From: Mobula hypostoma
Lineage: Eukaryota
Assembly: GCF_963921235.1 (NCBI RefSeq)
Contig: NC_086097.1
Location: 122,638,001 to 122,702,000 of the forward strand
Direction: 5' to 3'
DNA: 64,000 nucleotides
This document shows positions 12,366 through 24,090 of the stretch, in pieces. The position numbers and the translations under genes were made by a program. The notes beneath the pieces were generated by a model that saw only the letters and a program-made list of their open reading frames with translations, searched no databases and was not told where the DNA came from. Positions within the stretch are counted from its first letter, which is position 1, and each line of letters starts with the position of its first letter.

Positions 12366-12950
12366 AAAGTCCAAAGTAAATTTTTATTGAAGTACATATA
12401 GGCCACTATATACTACACTGAGATTCATTTTCTTGCTATTTACTATAGAAAAGAGAAATATAGTAGAACCAATGAAAAACTGTACACCAACATAGATTTA
12501 CAAGCAATCAATGTGCAAAAGAAAACAAACTTAAAATATGAAAAAATAAGACTGAGAACATGAGTTCAGGTGTCCTTGAAAGTGAGTCCACAGGTTGTGG
12601 AATCAGTTCAGAGTTGAGGTGAGTGAAGTTATTCACGCTGGTTAGGAAGCCTGATGGCTGAAGGGTAAAAACTGTTGCTGAACCTGGTGTTGTGGGACCA
12701 AAGGCCCCTATACCTATTGCCCGATAGTGAAGAGAGCACAGCCTGGATGGTGGGGGGTTCCTGATGATGGATTCTGCTTTTCTGTGGCAGCACTCCTTGT
12801 AGATGTGCTCAGTGGTGGGAAAGGCTTTGTCTGTGATGGACTGGACTGCATCCACTACTTTATGCACTCTTTCCTTTCCCTGGGCGCTTGCATTTCCATA
12901 ACAGGCTCTGATGCAACTAGTCAGGATTCTTTGATAGAAGTCTGTCAAAG
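12366..12950 (-). mobile_element. Rex1/Babar-clade LINE 3' fragment
   Basis: ILTSCIRACYGN...KVVDAVQSITDKAFPTTEHIYKECCHRKAESII, plus the 3' tail. Confidence 0.8.
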
Positions 12951-13894
12951 ATCTGTGTGGATTGCTGAGACACTAAAGGTGCTATCATGCCTTCGTTATG
13001 ATGGACCTTACATACCGCTCCTAGGACAGGTCCTCATGATTTAGGAATCTTCCTAAGTACTCAATTATTGCTGGCTTAGTGCATGTTTAATTGCTAGCCA
13101 ATGAAATAGTTAGGTGTTCACAGGACATCACTTATAATACTTTCATCTCCCTGATGCACTAAAGCTATAGTTATAGTATGTGCTGAACAGCAGTTTCTTT
13201 TTAACCTATACCATTAAAAATATAATCTAAAAATTATGTGTATTAATTTTAGTATTAAGAGCAATTGAATTATTAAATTGAATGTATTGCACTTCTAAAT
13301 TAATTAAATATGTTTCTCAGTGGCTTGAACAGTTTGACAGCTAAAAACTGTATCACCATGACTCCTGATCCATTTTCTACTGTCTGTCTGGATTCTTCCA
13401 TCATTTTTTCCACATCAGTAGATTGTACATGTTCACCCATGCATGGATTAGAAGAGAAGAGCGGGTCAAAATAAGATCATAAGGCATAGGAGCACAATTA
13501 GGCTATTCAAACTGCTCTGCCATTCCATCATAGTTGATTTATTATCCTTCTCAACTTCCTTTTGCCTTCTTCCTGTAATCTTTGACGCTGTTACTAATCA
13601 AGAACCTATTAACCTCTGCTTTAAATATGCCAGATGATTTGGCCTTCACAGCCATCTGTGACAATGAATTCCACAGAATCACCACTCTTTGCCTAAAGAA
13701 ATTCCTCCTCATCTCTGTTCTAAAGGGGTGCCCTTCTATTCTGAGGCTATGCTCTCTGGTCCTAGATTCCCTCCACTGTACAAAACATCCTCTCCACATC
13801 TACTCTGTCTAGGCCTTTCAATATTCGATGAGATTCCCTCCACATTCTTCTAAACTCCAGTGAGTACAGGTCCAGGACCATCAAATGCTCCTTC

Positions 13895-14069
13895 AAATGC
13901 GTGGCTGAGGGATTGGAGCAGGGGGCAGGGATTCAAGTTTTTGGATCATTGGGACCTCTTTTGGCGCAGGCGTGACCTGTACAAAAAGGACGGGTTACAC
14001 TTGAATCCCAGGGGGACCAATATCCTGACAGGGAGATTAGCAGGGGCTACTGAGGTGACTTTAAACTAG
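13895..14069 (+). pseudogene. CR1 ORF1 C-terminus (SGNH/GDSL esterase-like), 5'-truncated
   Basis: NAWLRDWSRGQGFKFLDHWDLFWRRRDLYKKDGLHLNPRGTNIL, containing the DGLH motif. Confidence 0.9.
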
Positions 14070-17000
14070 AATGGTTGGGGGGTGGGAATCAAATTAAAGA
14101 GGCTAGGCGTGAGGAGGTTAGTTCACAACAGAGGGATGGGAACCAGTGCAGAGAGACAGAGGGGTGTAAAGTGAGCGTAGAAGCAAAAAGTACAAAGGAG
14201 AAAAGTAAAAGTGGCAGGCCGACAAATCCAGGGCAAGCATTACAAAGGGCCACTTTTCAACATAATTATACAAGGGCTAAGAGAGTTGTAAAAGAGCGCC
14301 TGAAGGCTTTATGTGTCAATGCAAGGAGCATTCATAATAAGGTGGATGAATTGAAAGTGCAGATTGTTATTAATGATTATGATATAGTTGGGATAACAGA
14401 GACATAGCTCCAGGGTGACCAGGGATGGGAGCTCAACGTTCAGGGATATTCAATATTCAGGAGGGATAGACATGAAGGAAGGGGAGGTGGGGTGGCGTTG
14501 CTGGTTAAAGAAGAGATTAACGCAATAGAAAGGAAGGACATAAGCCGGGAAGATGTGGAATCGATATGGGTAGAGCTGCGTAACACTAAGGGGCAGAAGA
14601 CGCTGGTAGGAGTTGTGTACAGGCCACCGAACAGTAGTAGTGAGGTCGGAGATGGTATTAAACAGGAAATTAGAAATGTGTGCAATAAAGGAACAGCAGT
14701 TATAATGGGTGACTTCAATCTACATGTAGACTGGGTGAACCAAATTGGTAAAGGTGCTGAGGACGAGGATTTCTTGGAATGTATGCGGGATGGTTTTTTG
14801 AACCAACATGTCGAGGAACCAACTAGAGAGCAGGCTATTCTGGACTGGGTTTTGAGCAATGAGGAAGGGTTAATTAGCGATCTTGTCGTGAGAGGCCCCT
14901 TGGGTAAGAGTGACCATAATATGGTGGAATTCTTCATTAATATGGAGAGTGACATAGTTAATTCAGAAACAAAGGTTCTGAACTTAAAGAGGGGTAACTT
15001 TGAAGGTATGAGACGTGAATTAGCTAAGATAGACTGGCAAATGACACTTAAAGGATTGACGGTGGATATGCAATGGCAAGCATTTAAAGGTTGCATGGAT
15101 GAACTACAACAATTGTTCATCCCAGTTTGGCAAAAGAATAAATCAAGGAAGGTAGTGCACCCGTGGCTGACAAGAGAAATTAGGGATAGTATCAATTCCA
15201 AAGAAGTAGCATACAACTTAGCCAGAGAAAGTGGTTCACCTGAGGACTGGGAGAAATTCAGAGTTCAGCAGAGGAGGACAAAGGGCTTAATTAGGAAGGG
15301 GAAAAAAGATTATGAGAGAAAACTGGCGGGGAACATAAAAATGGACTGTAAAAGCTTTTATAGATATGTAAAAAGGAAAAGACTGGTAAAGACAAATGTA
15401 GGTCCCCTGCAGACAGAAACAGGTGAATTGATTATGGGGAGCAAGGACATGGCAGACCAACTGAATAATTACTTTGGTTCTGTCTTCACTAAGGAGGACA
15501 TAAATAATCTTCCAGAAATAGTAAGGGACAGAGGGTCCAGTGAGATGGAGGAACTGAGTGAAATACATGTTAGTAGGGAAGTGGTGTTAGGTAAATTGAA
15601 GGGATTGAAGGCAGATAAATCCCCAGGGCCAGATGGTCTGCATCCCAGAGTGCTTAAGGAAGTAGCCCAAGAAATAGTGGATGCATTAGTGATAATTTTT
15701 CAAAACTCGTTAGATTCTGGACTAGTTCCTGAGGATTGGAGGGTGGCTAATGTAACCCCACTTTTTAAAAAAGGAGGGAGAGAGAAACCAGTGAATTATA
15801 GACCGGTTAGCTTAACGTCGGTGGTGGGGAAACTGCTGGAGTCAGTTATCAAGGATGTGATAACAGCACATTTGGAAAGCGGTGAAATGATCGGACAAAG
15901 TCAGCATGGATTTGTGAAAGGAAAATCATGTCTGACGAATCTCATAGAATTTTTTGAGGATGTAACTCGTAGAGTGGATAGGGGAGAACCAGTGGATGTG
16001 GTATATTTGGATTTTCAATAGGCTTTTGACAAGGTCCCACACAGGAGATTAGTGTGCAAACTTAAAGCACACGGTATTGGGGGTAAGGTATTGGTGTGGG
16101 TGGAGAATTGGTTAGCAGACAGGAAGCAAAGCGTGGGAATAAACGGGACCTTTTCAGAATGGCAGGCGGTGACTAGTGGGGTACCGCAAGGCTCAGTGCT
16201 GGGACCCCAGTTGTTTACAATATATATTAATGACTTGGATGAGGGAATTAAATGCAGCATCTCCAAGTTTGCGGATGACACGAAGCTGGGTGGCAGTGTT
16301 AGCAGTGAGGAGGATGCTAAGAGGATGCAGGGTGACTTGGATAGGTTGGGTGAGTGGGCAAACTCATGGCAGATGCAATTTAATGTGGATAAATGTGAAG
16401 TTATCCACTTTGGTGGCAAAAATAGGAAAACAGATTATTATCTGAATGGTGGCCGATTAGGAAAAGGGGAGGTGCAACGAGACCTGGGTGTCATTATACA
16501 CCAGTCATTGAAAGTGGGCATGCAGGTACAGCAGGCGGTGAAAAAGGCGAATGGTATGCTAGCATTTATAGCGAGAGGATTCGAGTACAGGAGCAGGGAG
16601 GTACTACTGCAGTTGTACAAGGCCTTGGTGAGACCACACCTGGAGTATTGTGTGCAGTTTTGGTCCCCTAATCTGAGGAAAGACATCTTTGCCATAGAGG
16701 GAGTACAAAGAAGGTTCACCAGATTGATTCCTGGGATGGCAGGACTTTCATATGAAGAAAGACTGGATGAACTGGGCTTGTACTCATTGGAATTTAGAAG
16801 ATTGAGGGGGGATCTGATTGAAACGTATAAGATCCTAAAGGGATTGGACAGGCTAGATGCAGGAAGATTGTTCCCGATGTTGGGGAAGTCCAGAACGAGG
16901 GGTCACAGTTTGAGGATAGAGGGGAAGCCTTTTAGGACCGAGCTTGGGAAAAACTTCTTCACACAGAGAGTGGTGAATCTGTGGAATTCTCTGCCACAGC

Positions 17001-17107
17001 AAACTGTTGAGGCCAGTTCATTGGCTATGTTTAAGAGGGAGTTAGATATGGCCCTTGTGGCTACAGCGGTCAGGGGGTATGGAGGGAAGGCTGGGGCGGG
17101 GTTCTGA
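14054..17107 (+). pseudogene. CR1 ORF2 (APE endonuclease + reverse transcriptase) with two nonsense substitutions and no frameshift
   Basis: Track ORFs 14075, 14492 and 16052 share one frame. Stops at 14405-14407 (GITET*) and 16019-16021 (LDFQ*). Motifs: NARS, GDFN, SDH, FADD. Confidence 0.95.
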
Positions 17108-19439
17108 GTTGGATGATCAGCCATGATCATAATAAATGGCGGTGCAGGCTCGAAGGGCCGAATGGCCTACTCCTTCACCTATTTTCTATGTTTCTATGTT
17201 TCTATGTTTCTATACGTTAACGTTTTCATTCCTCGGATCATTCTCGTGAAACTCCTCTGGACCGTCTCAAATGCCAACAACCTAGTTTCTTAGATAAGGG
17301 ACCCAAAACTGGTCACAGTGCTCAAAGTGTAGCCTGACCAATGCCTTAAAATGCCTCAGCCTTACGTCCTTGCTTTTATTTTTCCAGCCCTCTTGAAATA
17401 AGTACTAACAATGCATTTGCCTTGCTTATTACTCAATCAACCTCTCAAGTTAACCTTTAGGAAATCCTGGACTAGAACTCCTATGTATGTGTATGATATT
17501 TGTATAATGTATGATAAATGCATGATATTCACTATTTTGCATGATGTCTGACAGGCTCTGATTTAACATTCCTAGTAAGTTATTTGGCACTATAGACGAG
17601 TGATGATTTGCATGAGGCTAGTGTACACTACAGTTCGTTAAGGAAGTGTAAATGTACATTCCTAGTGGGCCTACATCTTCTTCTTAAGTGGATCACCCCT
17701 ACTGGGGCAAAGGCTGCAGACAGCACCTGGCCCGATTCCTCTGTCCTGGGCGGATAGATGGCTGATTGGCCCTGTGGCTTCCATTTTCACCACACGACTT
17801 CATATACCTTCCAGATAAAGATCCTTCCTCTCCCAGGAATGCGGTCTTTTGGCTTCTGTTGGTGTTTCTACAGGGTGTGCTCTGACAGGGTGGGGATGCT
17901 AGTTCCATGGCCAATGCTCCTCCTTTCACAGTCAGGCTTGGGACCATCCATAGCAGAGTTAAGAGACCTACGTGGTGTACACAATCTATCTAGGGCAAGG
18001 AACAAGACTTAACATTAAATTAGAGAGGAATAATCATATTGTGCATAATGACCATTATAAGTACATTAAGATAATGATAATTATGCCCTGTCGTGATTAG
18101 TCACTTTCACCAGTCTACTTAAATGCTTCAGCAACAGAATTGCCTCCATCTAACACGACTGTGATGCTCAGTTGGTTATTTCACCTCACGTAATTTTGGA
18201 ACTCATCAGCCCATCAAATTAACAACACGAGTTCCCCGAGGCTAACCCTACTCTGCTAAGTATAACTTACAAGAGAAGAATGGCAGGGAATGCAAATGTA
18301 AATCTAAAAAATGTGATCTCTTCCATTTTTTTCCTTACTGTACCTCTCAAATGGATTGCTACTCAACAGAAGAAATCATTCCAGGGTATATTTTCCAACG
18401 TGCTACTGTTTTTTCTATGATGCCTGTGCCTGCTCTTTGAAAGGACATTCCAATCAGTCCCATTCCCTTTTCATCCACAAAAGGAACAACCAGAAACCTG
18501 AAACTCACCATTATGTGAAGTACAGAGTCTAATCAAATGCAGTCTACCTTCACTGCAGAAGGAATTATTGACCTAAAGTCAACAATTCTTCCCCCCCCCA
18601 AACTCATGATTACATCAAGCATATAGTGTGTTGCTCCCCACAGAAAGTCACTATTTTGTCAACATCCACTGTCTTTACAGGGAGTGAATTAAAATCACAA
18701 CAGTTCAGGGAATAAAAGGGTTAATAGTATTTTCTTTGTTTCTTTATTTAATTTAAATTTACATCTTTTAATTATTCCCTCATCTGGCACCGGATAGCAT
18801 CTCTCTATCAAAGCTATTCATCATTTTGAATGCCTCTACTTAATCTCCCTACTATCTTATCTATATAAAAAATTTAAAAATCCACGCAATGCCTATTTTA
18901 TTAGGTATTGGAGGTACCTAATAAAGTGGCCACTGTATTTGTCTTTCACTAAAAGAAAATCTCTAAGAAGACTTGCCATTTCTCTGCAACTTTGTTTTTT
19001 TTCACCTTTTTAAATCTAGCTTCTCAATTAATTTTTCAGTGTTCCTGCTACATGATAAATCTACAGTGACTAAAGTAGTTAAATGCCAGAACTAGTATGG
19101 GGAGCGCTATAATATTGATTTGATTCAAGCTCTGTGACAACGGCTGGGGAATTTAAATTACACAAGTCAGCAGATGGAAATTGTAACTTTTATTGCTGAG
19201 AACCCTTGCAACAATGATGTCTTAAAGTCTGATAATAAAACTACTGGATTACCTTAAAATCTACTTGGTTCACTGTTATTTTTAAGCAAAAGCAATGTTG
19301 CCTTTGCCTAGTCTAGTTAATATGCCACACTTAATTACCCTCTCAAAAAAATCCACTCCATTAAAGGACAATGAATTTTAGCCTTGCTTGCAATATCCAC
19401 GGTTCATGGTCAAATACCACTTTGCTGCTAACATCTTGA

Positions 19440-19732
19440 GAAGATTAGCTGTTATTGTCACATATACTTCAAAACATAGAGTGAAGTGCTTTGCTTGCTT
19501 TGGGGATGGGCTGGGAAGTGGTGCCATGCTTCTGGTGGCAACAGAGCATGCCTGCAATTACTAATTCTAATTGTCATGGAAGGGAGGGAAAACCGGAGTA
19601 CCTGGAGGAAACGCATGCATTCAAGGGGAGAACTTGCAATCTCTTTACAGACAGCGGTGAGAATCGAAACCCAATTGGTGATCGCTGGTGCTGCAAAGTG
19701 ATTGTGCTAACCACTGCGTTACAGTGCCACCC
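19440..19732 (-). mobile_element. V-SINE-like SINE
   Basis: GGAAAACCGGAGTACCTGGAGGAAAC core plus tRNA-like head; paralogue of 9745-10070. Confidence 0.7.
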
Positions 19733-20314
19733 TAAATCTCTTAAAACTCTTAAATTGCATTAAAACTCTTGAATATAGCAATTCTGATGACATTGTTGCC
19801 TCTTCACTTGGTATGTTCTTCAAGGATTCTGTCCTTATTATTTCCATTCAGCAATAGAATCCTAAACCTAACTGAGTAAACGTGCATCTTTCATTGCTAT
19901 ACTTAGGCATCAAGAATATCAGCAATCAGCTCTATTACCTTCCAAAATTTGGTTATATTCACTGCACTGAAAATGAATGCCAGGAAATAATTATAACTGG
20001 TTGTGGATGTGTAGCACTAGCAACCAAATTCAGATTTCTCCTCAACTTGTTGTCTTTTGATTGTGTCTTATGTTATTTGTTGTGCTAAATTTGTTCCTGG
20101 TCCCCTGAATTATGGCCCAAAATCAATTCCCCTTAATTAAACAACCTGAGGAACTCATGCAGATACAGTAAACTGTACATACTCAGTATCTACTTTATTA
20201 GGTACTTGCTAAAAGTTGATTAGAGTAGGTACAAAACTACCATCTGGAACTCCTGATGCAGCCATTTTTAATTGCCCTCCTTATTCCCACACTTGCCTGC
20301 CTAATTTTCAGTCT

Positions 20315-20900
20315 GCCCCACTGCTAGAGTGAGGCGAAATGCAAACTGGTATGGCATCTCACATTGCTCCTGGTAGTCTACGACTTGACAGGATCCCTTC
20401 TGTCCCGTCTCTCTCTCCTCCTGATCTACCCAGTTCTTCCTACACAAACCCAATATTCCCTAAAAGTTCCAAATCACTGTTCCTTTCCCTTCTTCTGCCC
20501 ACTCCTCCCACAGTCCCCACCCATGCTCAGTGCTCCCATCTGTCCTGCCCACAACTCCCTTATTTGGTTCTAGGCTCCATCCTCCTTTCCTGTCAGGTTC
20601 CATCATCTGCAGCATTGGTTGCTCCATTTATCACTGACTTGCCAGTTGTTAGTTCCACTCTTCCCTCCTCCATCTGCCTTTCATCCTTCCTCAACTGTCT
20701 CCACATATTACCTGCCAGGTCTTGCTCCACTCCATCCCCTCACCTCATTACATTGGCTTTCTCCCCTCTTTCAGATCAAACATCTCAATCTGAAATGTTC
20801 ACTGCCCACCTCTCTCCATAAATGCTGCTCAACCCACTGAGTCCCTCCGGCAATTTGTCTTTTTCACTCCAGGTTCCCATATCCTCAGTTTCTTGTTTCT
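20315..20900 (+). mobile_element. Old Penelope-like 3' remnant
   Basis: Decayed GIY-YIG-end-like sequence, CT-rich tract and ATGCTGC...CTGAGTCCCTCC terminal motif, as at 61230-63136. Confidence 0.45.
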
Positions 20901-21061
20901 CCTAGTACACTGAACATTTTTAACAAGTAGTAATCTCTTTTTTAATTGTTTCATTCTGGAAGTTTAAATTCCTGGATTTTTATAACACAAATAGGATTTT
21001 TTGTCTTGTTCATGAATAGAATGTATTCTGTCACAGAGTTTGAGCAGCTGAAGTCATTTAG

Positions 21062-21188
21062 TATCCCTTACTCACTCTTCCTTCAGTTAGTCCTGACGAA
21101 GGGTCTCGGCCTGAAACGTCGACTGCACCTCTTCCTAGAGATGCTGCCTGGCCTGCTGCGTTCACCAGCAACTTTTATGTGTGTTGCT
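21062..21188 (+). mobile_element. Young 127-bp Penelope-derived insertion with a 13-bp TSD
   Basis: TGAAGTCATTTAG is repeated at 21049-21061 and 21189-21201. Confidence 0.85.
21089..21124 (+). ncRNA. Minimal type I hammerhead ribozyme motif
   Basis: AGTC-CTGACGA-A-GGGTCTCGGCCT-GAAA-CGTC-GACT: stem I AGTC/GACT, CUGANGA and GAAA core, palindromic ACGU stem III, GUC cleavage triplet. Confidence 0.75.
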
Positions 21189-21845
21189 TGAAGTCATTTA
21201 GAGCAGTTTCTAAATTTTATTAATAACACAAATTAGATTAGTTACCACTGGATAGTACAAATGAGGATATGAGCAATCATTGTTCCTTCAAAATGACAGA
21301 AGTTTGTAATTAATGTATGTTAAAAACAAGATAGTCATTTCCCTCAGTACACTTTTAAAAGAAATACTTGCCCTAGAATCAGAATCAGGTTTATTATCAT
21401 TGACATATACTGTATAGTGCTTTAAAACAGTATTCAGCCCACACAACTATTTTCATTTTACTGTCTCATTTTCTAAATTTAAAATATAGTGAAGTTTAGG
21501 ATTTTTTGAGCTAATCTACAAAATATTGTGCATCATGTCAAATAAAAGGAAAAATTCCAAAATCTGTAAACAATTTCCTAAAAATTAAAAATTGAATTTG
21601 TGAGGCTGAAAACATATTAATTCCCTTTGCTTACTCGCTAACTTTCCTTAGGTGCAATATATTACCTTACCAACTCACCCAGTTCGTTAATGTAGAAAAT
21701 TGGAGGATCACCTGTTTTCAATGAATTCATAAGAATAATTATCTGCTTTCTCTGTAAGATCCAACAGTATGATAGATTTTCAAAAGACCAAACCAAAATG
21801 AAGACAAAAGAGCATTCAAGATGAGTCAGGAAAATGACATAGAAG

Positions 21846-22003
21846 CAGAAATCTGGGGAAGGGTACAAGACCATCTCAAAGACACCGAATGTACCTCAGA
21901 AATCTGGGGAAGGGTACAAGACCATTTCAAAGACACCGAATGTACCTCAGAAATCTGGGGAAGGGTACAAGACCATTTCAAAGACACCGAATGTACCTCA
22001 GAA
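21846..22003. repeat. 51-bp tandem triplication inside the Tc1 transposase
   Basis: Units start at 21846, 21897 and 21948, followed by a terminal CAGAA. Confidence 0.97.
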
Positions 22004-22499
22004 GTCAATGCAGTCCATTGTGAAGAAGTTAGAAAGAATGTGAAACCACAACCACATTGCGTAAGTCAGGCTGCCCCTCTCAACTTAGTTGTCAAAGAAG
22101 ACGGCACTTGTAAGAGATTCTTCTGTGACGCCAACAGTCACTCTGAGTCAGCTGCAGATGTCAGTGGCTAAAACTGGAGATGAAGTTCATGGATCCACAA
22201 TCTCTCAGGCCTTACACAAAAAGGGTATTTTTTGGAAGGGAGGAAAGAAGGATCCTCGGCTAAAAATAAAATCATATCCTTGTTCATAAATACTTTGCAA
22301 GTCATCACTTAGAATATACTACAAAGTTGTAAAGAAGAAGGTCTTGTGGTCAGATGAGACTAAAGTGGAACATTTTGACCTCAACATTAAGCGTGGCATA
22401 AATCTAAAGCTGCGCATTAGCCAGGTAACACCATCCCTACTGTAAAGAATGACGGATGTAGCAAAACACGACGGGGATGCTTTTCAGCAGCAGGGACCA

Positions 22500-24090
22500 A
22501 ATGGGACTGAAGGCTGATAAATCCCCAGGGCCTGATGGTCTGCATCCGAGCGTACTTAAGGAGGTGGCTCTAGAAATCGTTATTGCATTGGTAATCATTT
22601 TCCAATGTTCTAAAGATTCAGGATCAGATCCTGTGGATTGGAAGGTAGCTAATGTTATCCCACTTTTTAAGAAAGGAGGGAGAGAGAAAATAAGCAATTA
22701 TAGACCAGTTAGTCTGACATCAGTGGTGGGGAAGATGCTGGAGTCAATTATAAAAGATGAAATAGCGGCATATTTGGATAGCAGTAGCAGGATAGGTCCA
22801 AGTCAGCATGGATTTATGAAGGGGAAATTATGCTTGACTAATCTTCTGGAATTTTTTGAGAATGTAACTATGAAAATGGGAATGGGAAAGCCAGTGGATG
22901 TAGTGTACCTGGACTTTCAGAAAGCCTTTGATAAGGTCCCACATAGGAGGTTAGTGGGCAAAATTGGATCACATGATATTGGGGTAGGGTACTGACATGG
23001 ATAGAAAATTGGTTGGCAGACAGGAAACAAACAGCAGGGATTAACAGGTCCTTTTCAGAATGGCAGGCAGTGATTAGTGGGGTACCGCAAGGCGTGGTGC
23101 TGGGACCGCAGCTATTTACAATATGCATTAATGATTTAGATGAAGGGATTAAAAGCAACATTAGCAAATTTGCAGATGACACAAATCTGGGTGACAGTGT
23201 GAAATGTGAGGAGGATGTTATGAGAATGCAGAGTGACTTGGACAGGCTGGGTGAATGGGCATATGCATGGCAGATGCAGTTTAATGTGGATAAATTGAGG
23301 TTATCCACTTTGGTGGCAAGAACAGGAAGGCAGATTACTATCTGAATGGTGTCAAGTTAGGAAAAGGGGAAGTACAACGAGATCTAGGTGTCCTTGTTCA
23401 TCAGTCACTGAAAGTAAGCATACAGGTACAGCAAGCAGTGAAGAAAGCAAATGGCATGTTGGCCTTCATAACAAGGGGAGTTGAGTATAAGAGCAAAGGG
23501 GTCCTTCTGCAGTTGTACAAGGCCCTGATGAGTCCCCACCTGGAGTATTGTGTGCAGTTTTGGTCTCCAAATTTGAGGAAGGACATTCTTGCTATGGAGG
23601 GAGTGCAGCGTACGTTCACTGGGTTAATTCCAGGAATGGTGGGAATGTCATATGTTGAAATATTGGAGTGACTGGGCTTGTATACACTGGAATTTAGAAG
23701 GATGAGAGAGGATCTGATTGAAACATATAAGATTATTAAGGGATTGGACACGCCAGAGGCAGGAAACATGTTCCCGATGTTGGGGGAGCCCAGAACCAGA
23801 GGCCACAGTTTAATAATAAGGGGTAGACGATTTAGAACAGAGTTGAGGAAATACTTTTTCACACAGAGGGTTGTGAATCTATGGAAGGCAGTGGAGGCTA
23901 ATTCTCTGGATTCTTTCAAGAAAGAGTTAGATAGAGCTTTTAAAGATAGTGGAGTCAAGGGATATGGGGAGAAGGCAGGAATGGGGTACTGATTATGGAT
24001 GATCAGCCATGATCACAGTGAATGGCGGTGCTGGCTCGAAGGGCCGCATGGCCTACTCCTGCACCTATTGTCTATTGTCTATTGTCTATT
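22500..24090 (+). mobile_element. CR1 of a third family, 5'-truncated, with (CTATTGT)n tail and 5-bp TSD GACCA
   Basis: RT motifs in ORFs 22477, 23013, 23438 and 23678; GACCA at 22495-22499 and 24091-24095. Confidence 0.95.

Larger units (their letters stand above)
13895..17213 (+). mobile_element. Young CR1 copy B: ORF1 3' end, complete ORF2 region and 3' UTR
   Basis: ORF1 tail to TAG at 14067-14069; APE and RT domains; (TTTCTATG)n tail. Confidence 0.98.
13470..17485 (-). mobile_element. Older CR1 3' fragment split by young CR1 copy B
   Basis: SRTREHSLRIEGHPFRTEMRRNFF on the left; sequence resumes at ~17212 (ATACGTTAACGTTTTCATTCC). Confidence 0.8.

Noticed and set aside
14440..17130. Recurring antisense ORFs (MNLLCTPSM..., MPPKWITSHL..., MYATSLEL...)
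   Set aside because: Shadow frames of CR1 ORF2; they recur only because the copies are near-identical.
21821..22171. ORF with EIWGRVQDHFKDTECTS repeats
   Set aside because: Off-frame reading of the 51-bp triplication in the Tc1 transposase.
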